Positions 1-12,479 of a stretch of 64,000 nt of DNA are shown here, piece after piece. The stretch's first letter is position 1, and each line of letters opens with the position of its first letter. This stretch comes from the human T2T-CHM13v2.0 reference genome, Homo sapiens. Location of the stretch: assembly GCF_009914755.1 (NCBI RefSeq), contig NC_060930.1. One strand, given 5' to 3'. Position numbers and translations under genes: made by a program. Below the pieces are notes generated by a model, which saw only the letters and a program-made list of their open reading frames with translations, made no database searches and was not told the origin of the DNA.

Positions 1-103
1 GAAAGGAAACAAAGTAGGTTTCTTTGTTCCTTCACTGATCTGCTAAAGTTGGGATTAAAAAAAAAATGGCATTTCATTTTAATATTAAAATGTTAAAATT
101 GTG

Positions 104-187
104 TAAGAAAACTCTTTTTTCTTTCCCTTTATAAATTACCCAGTCTTGGGTATGTCTTTATTAGCAGCATGAGAACAGAATAATACA
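104..187 (+). mobile_element. MaLR LTR 3' fragment (THE1/MST-like)
   Basis: ttataaattacccagtcttgggtatgtctttattagcagcatgagaacaga..aataca matches the THE1/MST LTR end. Confidence 0.7.
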
Positions 188-465
188 CCAACACTTAGAA
201 GCAACCAATGTGTTCTTCAGTAGCTACTGGAATAAAGAAATGTTGCTACATCCAGAAAATGAAAAATTATTCAGTGCTAAAAAGAAATTAGGTATCAAGC
301 CATGAACAGACATGGAAGAAATTTAAATGTATATTACTAAGTGAAAGAAGCCAATCTGAAAAGGCTACGTACTGTATGATTCCAACTATATAACATTCTG
401 GAAAAGACAACTATGGAGAGAGTAAAGAAATGAATAAGTAGTTTCCAGGGTTGGGAGGGAGGGAA
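188..465 (+). mobile_element. Old L1 (L1MC/MD-type) 3' UTR fragment
   Basis: gaaagaagccaatctgaaaaggctacgtactgtatgattccaactat motif. Confidence 0.75.
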
Positions 466-1932
466 AATTCTTGTTTGTTACCATTTGTATCTGAAGAGCT
501 GAGTCAGATACTGGATATGTACCTAAAGAACAAGCCATATCAGCTCACTGTCAAAGTGTCATCAGGGTAGGCCATAAACCTTCTAAAAGTATCCAACTTA
601 CCTGGGAATAGGAAGCTTATTAGAGAAATAAAAATTATCTTCTTTCACTATTCATTCTTTTAATAGAAGGAGAACTAGAAACAATCAAGTACTTTTTTCT
701 TTAGCCTTGTACTAAATTATTGGTAGCAAGGAGAAGAATCCATCTCCTAGCATTCTAGCAACTGAATACTCTCTTGGATCCTCTTCTGACTGCCAAGCTT
801 TGAAAAATAATCAGTGGCCATATGCAGGCCTATAACATGAATCTAGGCAGCTCAAAGGAGGGTGAAACTGATGGTCTTTGGCAGTCCTATGATCAACCTT
901 GGGAAAATTATTCTTTCTTGTGCTAATTTCACCATATGTAAATGCTACCTCTTATTTAGCACCTGACAAATGCTAAGTGCTGTACTTGGCATTTTACTTC
1001 TTTAGAGACATTTCATTTAAACCTCACAATAACTTTGTGTTTTACTTTTATTTAGATACAAAAGAACTGAGATTCAGTAACTTGCCCGAAGTCAAATATA
1101 TAAATTAAAGGCAATTCAACCTGTCAAATCTATTTCAAAGGGATAATATAACTCAGAAAATGCATGTAAAGCATTCAGATGGCTGTGGTACTGCTTCTAA
1201 AATTTATTTTTGAAGCATAAAATAAACCCTTGCTTTTTCACTACAACAAAAGAATGCAGAAGGAGATTTTGATTCATCATATACAGGAATTAAAATTTGC
1301 TTATAGAAAACTGAACTTGCTCTGTTTCAAAGGAGTAACAAAACTAAGAATATATAAAAGCCAGGAACAGAAGGAATAGAGGTGAAAGCATTTTAACACA
1401 TTTACATTCACCTGATATCACCTTCTATATTGGTGCAAAGTTAAACATGAAAAAGAATTCTGAAGAGAGAAATTTCTAGATCAAAGTTGATTAAATCTTC
1501 TGAAATATAAAAAATTAAGAAGCCAGACTGTTTATTTTGTGCAAAAGAGAAGAATGTGATTGGCACAAAAAGTCTCCACCACCAGGCCACACTATTTTCA
1601 GCCTTCCCTCATGTCACTGCAGTAGCCAATCAATATTATTTGGTCCTGACGGGACACATGCTGTTGGCTCCTGATCCTAAAATTATCTAAATGTAAACTC
1701 CTACAGGGTCTTAGAGTTTTGTACATCACTTTTGTAAAATGTTGTATATCACCTAGACTAGTGATGAGCATGTGAGGCAGTCAATAAAACCCTACTGAAT
1801 GAATAGATATAGGGGCCCAATATCTCCACAGTCTTAACAGGGTGGGTTTTTCTAAGAAGCCAACTGAAGAAATAATATAACAGCAATTATTGTGATTAGT
1901 TTTATGACAATCTCATGACAAATAATACTTAC

Positions 1933-2175
1933 AGAAACATTTTCTGCTGAGTTGACCGGCATCTCATCCACACTGTGATTGCCATTTGTAATGTCACAGA
2001 TGCAGTAGTTGCTAACAGAAGGAGGTCTGAATGTGTGGCCACCATCACAATGAATTTCTGGACTGATTCCACAGCCGAATGTGAATGAGGCAAGAGAATG
2101 ATAGTGTGTGAGTAAAACTACTGCATGTACCAATTCCGCAAGGGACCAGCTGTGCTCTTCAGCTTTTAAAAGTCC
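1933..2175 (-). CDS. SESN1: Sestrin-1 exon ([18 protein letters not shown]...SAENVS, aa 185-265)
   Basis: Long pyrimidine tract then cctaag|GGA; donor TCT|GTAAGT; 243 nt; contains the sestrin WSLAEL motif; the next exon is outside the window. Confidence 0.95.
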
Positions 2176-2984
2176 CTTAGGGGGAAAAAAAAAAAGAATA
2201 TATTTTTGTACTGGGGTGTGGTAAAAGTATACAGTTCATTTTAGTATTTAATTTATTGAAAACATGAGTCATCATACAAAGCCTAGCATAAAATTATCAT
2301 TTGAAACATGTAGAACCCAGAATTTGCTAATTTTTATGAATATGCATTCACAAATAGAACTTAACATAATCTGTTAAGACATTCACTATTATTTTGATTT
2401 TCTGAAATATTGACTTAAAATGTAAGAGAATGCATTTTGCTTAAAAGTGGCTGCTGTATTTCAGATGCTGGATTATGAATGAATTACTGTGTTGTTAGTT
2501 CAAAATCTCAAAGCAAATGTAATAAATTTGTGTTTAAAAGTAGAAGCTGCTGTGTGAAACGCCTGTGCTTTGTTTATTATAAGGCCTCCTCAAGGAATTT
2601 TTAAGATAGTGGCTTGAACAACTTGATTAAATATTCCTAAATCATCAAAAAGTTATATATAACTTCTATAATTCTTCTATTCAATTCTGTGTCACTTCTG
2701 CTTCATTATCTATTTTGTAATCTTGTATAATTTTTCCTTACTTGACAATATATAATAGGCATTGTATTAATATATTCAAATCTTGTATCTTCTTGATAAT
2801 ATCTTTAATTATCTAATAGTATCTATTCTATGAAATAGATAAGACCAAAAGATGCATCTCTAAGAATTTATAGTGCATGGTAGACAATTTTAGAGAACAT
2901 CAATCTACTTTTACTCTATTATCTCTATTAATAAATAGAACCAGAACTAGCTTAACATGGCATTTAAAACGTAACATAAAGATG

Positions 2985-3870
2985 CATAACAATGAGATGC
3001 CACTTCACACTTATCAGAATGGCTGAAATCCAAAACACTGACACCAATGCTGGCCAAGATGTGGGACAACAGGAATGCTGCTTCATTGCTGGTGGGAATG
3101 CAAACTGATACTGCCCTTTGGAAGAGTTTTACAGTTTCTTACAAAGGTAAACGTAGGCTTACCGTATTATCCACAAATCGCACACCTAATTATTTATCCA
3201 AATGAGGTGAAAACTTTTGTCGACAAAAAACAAGAAACAAAAACCTATACATGAATGTTTACAGCAGCTTTATCCGTAATTGCCCCAAACTGGCAGTAAC
3301 CAAGATGTCCTTCAATAGGTGAATGGATAAACAAACTATGGCATAACTATACAATAGAGAATTATTCAGTGATAAAAAGAAATGAACTATCAAGTCGTGA
3401 AAAAGCATGAAGAAGCCTTAAATGGATGTTGCTAGATGAAAGAAGCCAGTCTGAAAAGCTACATACTTTTGTATGATTCCAGCTGTATGACATTCTGGAA
3501 AAGGCAAAACTATATAGAAACAATAAAAAGATGAGTGGTTGCAGGGGTTTAGGGGAAGGGGAAAGGGGGGGAAAGGGATGAACAGGTGGAACCCAGGGCA
3601 TTTTTAGGGTACTAACTATTCCATATGATATTGTAATGGATGCGTGACATTAGGCATTTGTCAAAATGTGTAGAACGATACAATGCAAAGACTGAACCCT
3701 AATGTGAACTATAGAGTTACTAGTAATATATCAATTACAGCAAATGTACCACAGAAATGCTGTAACAGAAGAAAATGTGCATCTGTGGGAAGAGATTCAG
3801 GGGGTAGAAAATAGGAACTCTCTGTACTTTCTGTGCGATTTTTCTGTAATCCTAAAACTGCTCTAAAAAA
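2985..3870 (+). mobile_element. Old L1 (L1MC-type) 3' end
   Basis: ORF2-end motifs (cattgctggtgggaatgcaaa) followed by an L1MC 3' UTR ending taaaactgctctaaaaaa. Confidence 0.8.
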
Positions 3871-3910
3871 GTCTGAAATGACTCCCAAGATATATTACCC
3901 CACTGCTTAC

Positions 3911-4093
3911 CTCAATGTGTTCTTTGGTAATAAGCCAAGGTCTATGGGCTAACACTTTGTTAAGTTCTCCTAAATTCTGTAGTTTTTGAGGAGCATTCTC
4001 TAAACCATTGAGCCACTTGGGGTCCCCACCAACATGAAGGAAATCATTTACATGCAGGTTCACTAAGTAGGAGCACTGATGTCTTGCCGCAGC
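3911..4093 (-). CDS. SESN1: Sestrin-1 exon ([14 protein letters not shown]...KEHIE, aa 124-184) with AhpD-like C130/Y132/H137
   Basis: Acceptor ttttaag|GCT, donor GAG|GTAAGC; 183 nt; Cys TGC at 4075-4073, equivalent to SESN2 C125. Confidence 0.97.
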
Positions 4094-4707
4094 CTTAAAA
4101 CAAAAAGATTATTCTAATTATAAATATTAAAACCTTGAACTACATATCCTTTTTATTTACAACATGCAAAAGAGCTAATTAAGTTTATTAGTATGTTTTC
4201 AAATTTTCCGTAAACTACAGAAATGCAGTTTTTATATAAACATTTTAAAAATTCAAATACTGTAAGAACCTTAGAAATATTCCAAGAACAAACAAAATAT
4301 CTGATAAAAGTATTTGAACTTTAGACATTTTATCTATATACTTTCAGAACTTCAGATTAAGAAGAAACTTCAATTAAGGTGCCAATCATAAAATAATGGA
4401 ATATTATTTACATCTTGAACAGGAAGCACCACTTATGTCAATGTGAACTATTTATAATAATGAAACAGAACTTGTGTTCTACTTATTTAATGAAGAATGG
4501 TTCTCAGCAATGTATAAATACTTGCTTCTTTTTCTGTTATACTTGAGAGCGTACTTATTTAAAAATAGGAAAAACAGAGACTGTGCAACAGGAATCATAT
4601 TATATATCATAATCTAAGTATTTATCCCTGTGTTTAAAGCATTAACTGTCTCTTAAAGAGATTAATAAAAATAGGCAAAAACAATTTTTCACTGAATGTT
4701 TACAAAC

Positions 4708-4908
4708 CATTATTCCAATGTAGTGACGATAATGTAGGGGTAACGGCCCATCCATTTGCAGTAGATAGTGCTGAGTTTTTAAGAAACTTTCTAAATATTG
4801 TGGGTGGAAAACCATCACTAACGTAATGTTATCCAAACGGCCCAAAGCAGCAAAAGAATCTGCAAATAAAGCATGCATCTGTGCGTCTTCACTCCCCACT
4901 TGGAGGAT
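4708..4908 (-). CDS. SESN1: Sestrin-1 exon ([15 protein letters not shown]...HYIGIM, aa 57-123); contains Met67 (ATG 4878-4876), the likely start of the T3-type protein
   Basis: Acceptor tatacag|ATC, donor ATG|GTTTGT; 201 nt; overlaps ORF 4642..4899. Confidence 0.97.
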
Positions 4909-5697
4909 CTGTATAAATGAGAAAAACCATGGTTACTGAAATGGTAAATTGGTGTTAAGGGAAGAAAATATACATGCGCTACACTCTAAGTATCATTTAG
5001 AAGCAGATTAAATCTGGCTTAAGAAAGAGGGGTTACAAATTTAAACTCAACTGGTTGAAAGATACAGAAGAATAAACAGTTACATATTATATAGTAGGGG
5101 ATAAACAACAAAGGCTGAACATTAAAGGCCATCTAGATAGGCTGCTTGCAGAGTTGGCCAGAATCCAGATAAAGAAGCAGATTTAGATTATCAAATTTGC
5201 AGAGCTTGCAAACAGACACTAAAGCCTTTCTTTACAAAACCGCCTACTCTCACTCAATTTAAGGAGAACTAAAATTAACTAATAGCATACACTTCTTATG
5301 AAAATAAAGCATAGATGCTTTTATACATATATAGAATTAAAGATCCAATCTAGCACTGATATCAGCCTGTGGAGACAGTCAAGACTAAGTAACTCAGGTT
5401 ATGGGCACACCTAAACAACATCTAAATATAAGCAGATGTTGTATCACTGGTCAAAAACAAATCTTGGCTTTACTTGATTAAATATGGGTGTTAAAAACAC
5501 ATCATGAAATACTAGAAATCAACACAAGTACAACAGCTTTTTATTCCCACAGATTCACTGCCAAAGAATGATTAACTGCAACCAACTCTGACTAAAACAT
5601 GTTGTTGACCAACAGTTCTTCAGATGCCAACATGTGGGTCATGAAAGCTCTTCCTTAAAAGCATACAGTTCACTATGTACTTTCACAAACAACGTAC

Positions 5698-5763
5698 CTC
5701 CTTTTCTGGGATGAATCTGCTTGGTCCCTGTCCTAGTGGTCGAGGAATTCTAATGCCAAGTTC
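5698..5763 (-). CDS. SESN1: Sestrin-1 common exon (ELGIRIPRPLGQGPSRFIPEKE, aa 35-56)
   Basis: Acceptor ttttctag|GAA, donor GAG|GTACGT; 66 nt; contains the sestrin GPSxFIP motif. Too short for the ORF track. Confidence 0.96.
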
Positions 5764-7429
5764 CTAGAAAAGAAAATTACACCATCTCAGGCCTTTGGCA
5801 GTAAACAAAATGAACTGAGGCTAAAGGAATGGGAGGGAAAAACAACCAGTCGAACAGAGACAGGCTTGTTTTGATGGTTTGTTTTCATGGCTGTATATAC
5901 ATACCAACTCTTCTGTTAGCATTACATAGCTAACAACAGCTTATAATACAACTCTGATTAAAAACAATAAAACCTGTTTCACTAAAACCAGAGTTTTGCA
6001 TAAAGTACTTGGCAGAAAGTCTAGAACAGAAAGTTCAGCACATAGCAGCCAACCCTGTGGATCATCAGTGATACAAAATAAGACCAGTGTGTTTGTACAT
6101 CTAAAACTCAACCAACCCAAATATCAATCCCTGTGCATCGTCAGAAAATGAAAAAGCAGTACTTCCACCTAGGTGTCTTAAACTAGAAAAAGTGTAATTA
6201 TTATTACATCTAAAACAACACCTCACGGTTAGAATGTAAATTTATGAAAAATAAAAACTAAATTCACAAGAGACAGCACTACAGGGCATGTTTTCTCTGC
6301 AGTTAAATAATTTTAGAGAAACTCATTTTGTTTGTAAGTTTGCCTTAAATTAAGTTTTTTTTTATTTACAGGATGTCATCAATCTTGCCCATATTATATT
6401 TTAGAGAAGCTCAAATAATTGAGAAATAGTTTTCTGACATTTGACACAGTGACTCTAGAATCCTGTACCTTATGTGATGGTGTAGTATGGTTAACAAGAA
6501 CTGAAAATCTGTTAGGGTTTCCTTTCCCTCCCTCACCCTCCCCATATAGTGTGTTTACAGAAACAAAACTAAAATAATATATTTCAACTTTTTGTTGTTT
6601 TGAGGCCTATGTCCTATCTAGTGTCATTTAAAAATTTTTTTTAGAATTTATACAATTAAAGATTAACCCCTTCACTCATATATATTATATATATAATTAA
6701 ATACTCATATAATTCTACTCTCTCCTTACTGCTTTTAAAGTTCTTCATGATATAAACCAGATATTTTCCTTTTAAAGAAAAAAAGTGGGGATGGGGTGGG
6801 GGTGGGTGCACAGAGAGAAGGACATGTGTCAGCAATCCAAGAAATCTGGTCCCAGCAAATGAAAGTCTTTAAAGCAGAACAGGCTTTTAAAAATTAAGCA
6901 GGAAGGACAAAAGTGAAGGTAATCTTTATTAGGAGACATCAAGATTCAAAGTAGTTTATATTTGCCAACAGAATTCATAAAATAATATTTAAATAAAATA
7001 ATCTTATACTGGAGGTTGGTGACTTCTCCCTGGTTAGTCCATCCTTACACTGAAGATAGTAATGCTTTAACATTATACCCTTCATTAGAGGAGGCACTTA
7101 ATTCACTGGTCTGGCCACGTGTGTGTCTCAATTTTAACATCCTGTAATGAATGCCAGAGGACATCCCTGTTATTCAATATATAATTTTGGCACCAATAGC
7201 AGCCATTTATATACAATGATGACTCTTAGCTTTTCTAACTGCTGAATTTCTCATCCAATTACATACATTTGAAACAATACCTATTGGACAAAACTAAGGC
7301 TAAAATTAACATTTATCCCCTCTAATTTCTTTAATCTTGAAAACTGTCTTACTTAAACAAAATGTATTTTAGGAAAATGCCTGTTTCAAGGGTTTATTAC
7401 TGTTTTATAACTAAGAGACTTGGGACTTT

Positions 7430-8770
7430 AGTATACGAAAAGGTGTCATTTCAAATGGGGGAAAATGAATTATTCAACAAATGATCTTGGGACAACTGGA
7501 TAGCCATTCAGAAAAAAAGTGAAGCTGGAACACTATAACATGCTTTACCCCACAATAAATCAGAGTTAAATGTAAGAAAAAAATGAAAACTTAGAAAAAA
7601 AGCAAAAAACATTATAGTACTAGAAGAAAACACTCATGGAGTGCAGCAGGCCTAAGAATACCACAAAAGCCAAAAGTCATAAAATATAAGATTGATAAAT
7701 TTAATGACATAAAAATAAAGACTTTCACATGGGAAAAATAAATATATACAAAGTCAAAAGTAAACAGAAAGCTAGGAATTATATTTGCCACTCAAATAAC
7801 AAAGGGCTAAATTTTAAAGAAAGATTACTATAAATCAATACGAAAATCCCCAACAATCTTTTTTTTTTTTTTTGGAGACAGAGTCTCGCTGTGTCACCCA
7901 GGCTGGAGTACAGTGGCATGATCTCGGCTCACTGCAGCCTCTGCCTCCTGGGTTCAAGTGATTCTCCTGTCTCCCGAGTAGCTAGGACCACAGGCGTGTG
8001 CCGCCACACCTGGCTAATTTTTTGTATTTTTAGTAGAGACAGGGTTTCACCATGTTAGCCAGGATGGTCTCAATCTCCTGACCTCGTGATGCGCCCACCT
8101 CGGCCTCCCAAATGCTAGGATTACAGGTGTGAGCCACCGCACCTGACCAACAATCGTATTTTAAAAATGAGCAAACAACACAGTTCAAGGAAAAGAAAAT
8201 ACAAATGGTTGAAAAATGCTTGACACTCAAAACAACTGCAAGTTAACTATGCTGAGATACTGTCTTCCTCCAAAAAGATTGCTTAAGATCAAAAAGTTTG
8301 ATCACAGGCTGTATTGGAGAAAGGGTAGAGAAACTGTCATTAATTGTTTATATATTGCTGATGAGAGTGTTTTGAAGTATGAGAAAAAAGAGTATAGAGA
8401 ATATATTACTACAACCGCTAGGAAGGGCAATTTGTAATAGTGATCAAAATTAAAAAGTCCCATAGCCTTTGAATCAACAATTCCATCCTAAGTGTTAACC
8501 TACAGATGTGCTCACATTTGTGAAATGCCATACGTAAAAGGATAACCACTGCAACATTGTTTCTAATAGTACGAGGTTGAAAACAATCTCAGTGTTCAAT
8601 AGAAGGCTGTTTCAATAAAGTTCAGCATGACCATATAATAGAGTAGCATGCAGTCTTTAGAAAAAATGAAGCACTTCTACATGAGTTGACTTTAAAAGCT
8701 CTTCAAGTTATATTACAATAATGGGGAAGGGGAGGAGAAGCAAAGTGCAGAATATGTATATATTATGTTA
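7430..8770 (+). mobile_element. Degenerate L1M ORF2 end / 3' UTR interrupted by an Alu
   Basis: ttcaacaaatg..tgggacaactggatagcca and related L1 ORF2 3' motifs. Confidence 0.65.
7859..8148 (-). mobile_element. Alu (AluSc/Y-like)
   Basis: Poly-T, two arms, TSD aacaatc. Confidence 0.95.
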
Positions 8771-9717
8771 TCAGTAGGCAGGAAAAAAAACCTCACTGAT
8801 TCAATTTCTAGGCCTTTATCTTACAAATACATTAGCATCATGAAAGGTAGTTACCTTTTTAAAAATGTGGCCAGATTGACAGCACATAGGTTTAGAAACA
8901 AAGAGGTATACAAATTATATTATTCTGGTTTTATTTCTCTACCAAATATATAGTTTATATGCCAAATTATTATAAAACAATAGGTTTACAATTCCAAGAA
9001 GGTGGCTATGAATGCTTGAGAAACAGAGTATTTCCTATATTTATGGCAAGGGTTCTATGTAATTCTTGTCTTTGTAAGTCCATCCCTATTGCCAAATTTA
9101 GTGGGCATATTAATAACACTGTCTCCCCTCTTCCTTAGCCTCCAAATTGAAGAGTCCTAATCTGTAAAATAGGGATGATGACAAAATAATAATACCATCA
9201 ATCCCAACTATGTGGGATTATAATCTATATTATAAACTATAGAATTTTACAAATTATACAAACGTGAGTCTTTTGTTATAGATTCTAGTCTTAGGTATAA
9301 GGTCTAACAGATTTGGCTGTCTAATTTCTCAGAAGTAGCAGAGGAAGAGAGGGTAAAGTGGGGTTTCTAGACTGTGGCTGGCACCCTAACACTAGTCAAT
9401 GATATCTGAGAACCAAATTGCCTTTCAGTTTTCGGCTTATTTCTTGAATAACACTGAAAAAGCAACTAGGGCTCATGATAATAAATAGCAATAGCAGCAG
9501 CAGCAGCTAACACAAAGTATGAGCTGAGCACTGTTTTAAATTATACTACCTGTAAACAAAGAACATGAGTCTATGATACTAAAGTTTAGAAAGAGTATTT
9601 GGTGTTCTACAATATTCATGAAAAAGTCAAGAGTCTTAGATTAATCCTTACCTTAATCTATGAAGCAGGTACTATTATTATCTCCATTTAGCATAACTGA
9701 TGAAAGCCCTGAGATTT

Positions 9718-9923
9718 TTTTAATTTTTAAAATTATACTTTAAGTTCTAGGGTACATGTGCACAATGTGCAGGTTTGTTACATATGTATGCATGTGCCAT
9801 GTTGGTTTGCTGCACCCATTAACTTGTCATTTACATTAGGTATATCTCCTAATGCTATCCCTCCCCCCACCCCCTACCCCACGACAGGCCCCGGTGTGTG
9901 ATGTTCCCCACCCTGTGTCCAAG
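9718..9923 (-). mobile_element. 5'-truncated L1PA 3' end (about 205 nt) inserted in a MIR-like sequence
   Basis: L1PA 3' terminus (ttatactttaagttctagggtacatgtgcac...); perfect 16-bp TSD GAAAGCCCTGAGATTT at 9702-9717 and 9924-9939. Confidence 0.95.
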
Positions 9924-12169
9924 GAAAGCCCTGAGATTTGAACCCAAGTATTCTAGCTCAGTCAGTACTAGTGAGTGGTGGAGACGGGGGCTGAATCAAT
10001 GACATCTGGTTCTAGAGTTGGTATCTTTCATTATTATTCTTTTGAGCCTCTTTAAGACTTCTTGATACCTTGGAGATTCTTACAGATACCACTGTTATTA
10101 TACAGTAGTAGTCTTGGTTTATAAAAAGTTTCCATTTTCTGGAAAACTCACTTTTGAAACACTTCTTGGTCACATGTTAAATTGGTTACAACTCTTTTCT
10201 AGTAGATGCTGATCAAAAAAGGCACTGCGGGTGTTCAATGGGGTGATCATAAGCCAAACTAAATACATTTCATAGCTTCCTATTTAGGTTAATTCAATTA
10301 TTCCTTCATCTGTAGCTGTAAGAAACTTAACTACAGACTTTGAACAAATTTTGGCCAATCCAGATTCTAGGAGACAGAACTGCCACCAACAAATGGCCTT
10401 GTTGAAAAGCAGATGTAGATACTAATCACAGCACTAACCTCACAGGCTCTCTGTGAAGGTGTGGCTGGAAGATTAACATGAGAACAATCTTTTCCCCTCA
10501 ACAACCTAATAACCATCTTTGAAAGAGACAACAAGTTTCCACCATCACAATATTACTTCTGATGTTTCCTCAATGTATAATGCAAAACACTAATTTTCAG
10601 AGTGAAAATTCGTAGTGAATGTTGACAGTAGTACCACAGAAAGACTATGTTTTTATTGTATCACTGTATGAATCAATGTTTGTGTACTGAAAAGTACTGT
10701 TCCAGTCAGATGTTTCAAATTTGTGAGATACATTTATGCATCTGTATCAATATCCTTAAGTGAAATAATGAATGAATGACAAGTGCAAAATGAAAGCATT
10801 GTTGGCTTACAGTATCTACCCACCTGCAAAATTAGTTGAGAAGTAAAAATACACAAATAATTTGAATCATTTTGTTTTCCTCGCTACACTATTACTGTTG
10901 TGATTATCACAACATTCACAGTAATTTTATTTTTTAAATTCAAAAGCAGCATGTGTTTTTTGAAAAACATTTCAACAAGGTAAAGATATGTTATATAAAA
11001 AGTGAAAGTTCCCATCCCACTCGCCCTTCTCTGGGAGATTGCCTATAGCTGGGTGCTGGCCTTTCGACATTCAAAAAATTTAAATAGAAATGGAGAGATC
11101 TAGAAGTGTTAGAAATATGCCTACTATAGCAAAATGTACTAACAATTATGTTAATATTGTCATTAATACTAATAGGTAATTCAGAAATACTGAAAGTCCA
11201 GGTACTTTTTTTTTTTTTTTTTTTTGCCTTCTATGAACTATATTTTAGAAAAAAAACTTACTGACTTTAAGTTACTGCATTTGTAATACTTAGGCCATAT
11301 TTGTGCCCTATACTTTGCTCAGGAGTTCCGTTTCTTGAAAGTGTTTAATTTAAAAGCATTATGGAAGCTAGCTATTTGAAAGAATTGTGTTATTCTTTTT
11401 GTAAAGTGAATAGTTTTCCTATAAAGCATTCCTTCCTAAGTTATCTTCTCACATGTTGGGATGTATTAAAAATGAAATACAACTATACAAAGCTTCCCGG
11501 TTTCCTCAACACAATCCCATAAGCGCTGTAACAATATGCAAGCCAAAATCTATTTCTTTATCTTTTAGTTTACAAAGCTATCTTTAGAAATTCTAGATCT
11601 GAGCAAGAACCAGGACTCTGCACACAAACATCAGCAGAAATAACAGATCTATTCAAGCATGATGATTGGGGCTCACTTCTACTCAAAAAGAGAAAAGATC
11701 TATTATGACCCGCAAACAGAAACTGTAAATGTTAATTCAATACTTTCATACTGTTTTCACTTTTTGGTAAAGTTTCCAAAGCGATACTGTAAGAGATTTT
11801 TAAAGATTGTTTTATTATCTGTAAACAAGGAACATCTAATATGTCCATAAATGTTAAAATCTCAAAAAAATATTTGGTGCTTTACAACCTTCATGACAAA
11901 GTGTCTTCATTTAAGTTTCTATGAATATACATAGTATACTGATAATAGACTCCATTAAAGAAATCACGAAACCACGTCATTTTAGTGAGTAAAGCTGCAG
12001 AAAAAATAATTCACATTTAGATTTCTTGAACTAAGGCAACACTCTGACAGCACCTGATTTCAATCCAAATTTAAGGTTCGAGTTTTACCTAAGGTTACAT
12101 TAGTAACTTTCAAATGGTTTCCTATTTGCAACCACTTAGAAAAAAACACAAAATGTTACAATTAAGTAC

Positions 12170-12400
12170 CTCTTTCTAAAGGACAATTCAGAAAAGGGAT
12201 GGCTTAATACGCAAGAGTAAACGCTGTGCATAACGTCATAGAGCTTGCAGGACACACTTATTCCAGGCAACATCATCTCTTCCCTGAGTCAAATGTGTTT
12301 TTTTTCTTTCTCTCTCTTTTAAGTAGGAGGCAAAGGGGATGAAGGTGGCTAAATAATCTGTTTTCACAAGACAAGACAATCGAGGGGGCATATCCACAGG
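12170..12400 (-). other. SESN1: Probable non-coding alternative first exon (T3-type) just downstream of the p53 site; boundaries uncertain
   Basis: SESN1 is known to have a third p53-inducible first exon after the p53 site. Candidate donor GAG|GTACTT at 12170/12169 (alternative TAG|GTAAAA near 12088). The TSS cannot be determined from sequence. Confidence 0.35.
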
Positions 12401-12437
12401 CTGTTTCACCCTCAAGACTCGAGGTCTGCTGGATTTC

Positions 12438-12457
12438 TGACTTGTGGAGACTTGTCC
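12438..12457 (-). promoter_or_regulatory. p53 response element (minus strand GGACAAGTCT CCACAAGTCA)
   Basis: Two adjacent RRRCWWGYYY decamers with no spacer (10/10 and 7/10, both CAAG cores), about 320 nt into the intron after the T2 exon. Matches the recalled PA26/SESN1 intronic p53 site. Confidence 0.9.
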
Positions 12458-12479
12458 AGACGACAATGTTATTTACGTA

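Noticed and set aside
602-674. Consensus donor CAG|GTAAGT at 602/601 as the next SESN1 exon
   Set aside because: No sestrin-like coding sequence upstream and only a weak acceptor; the true next exon appears to be outside the window.
11820-11828. FOXO motif TGTAAACAA near the promoter (also at 5801 and 9551)
   Set aside because: Too short and frequent in AT-rich DNA to support without binding data.
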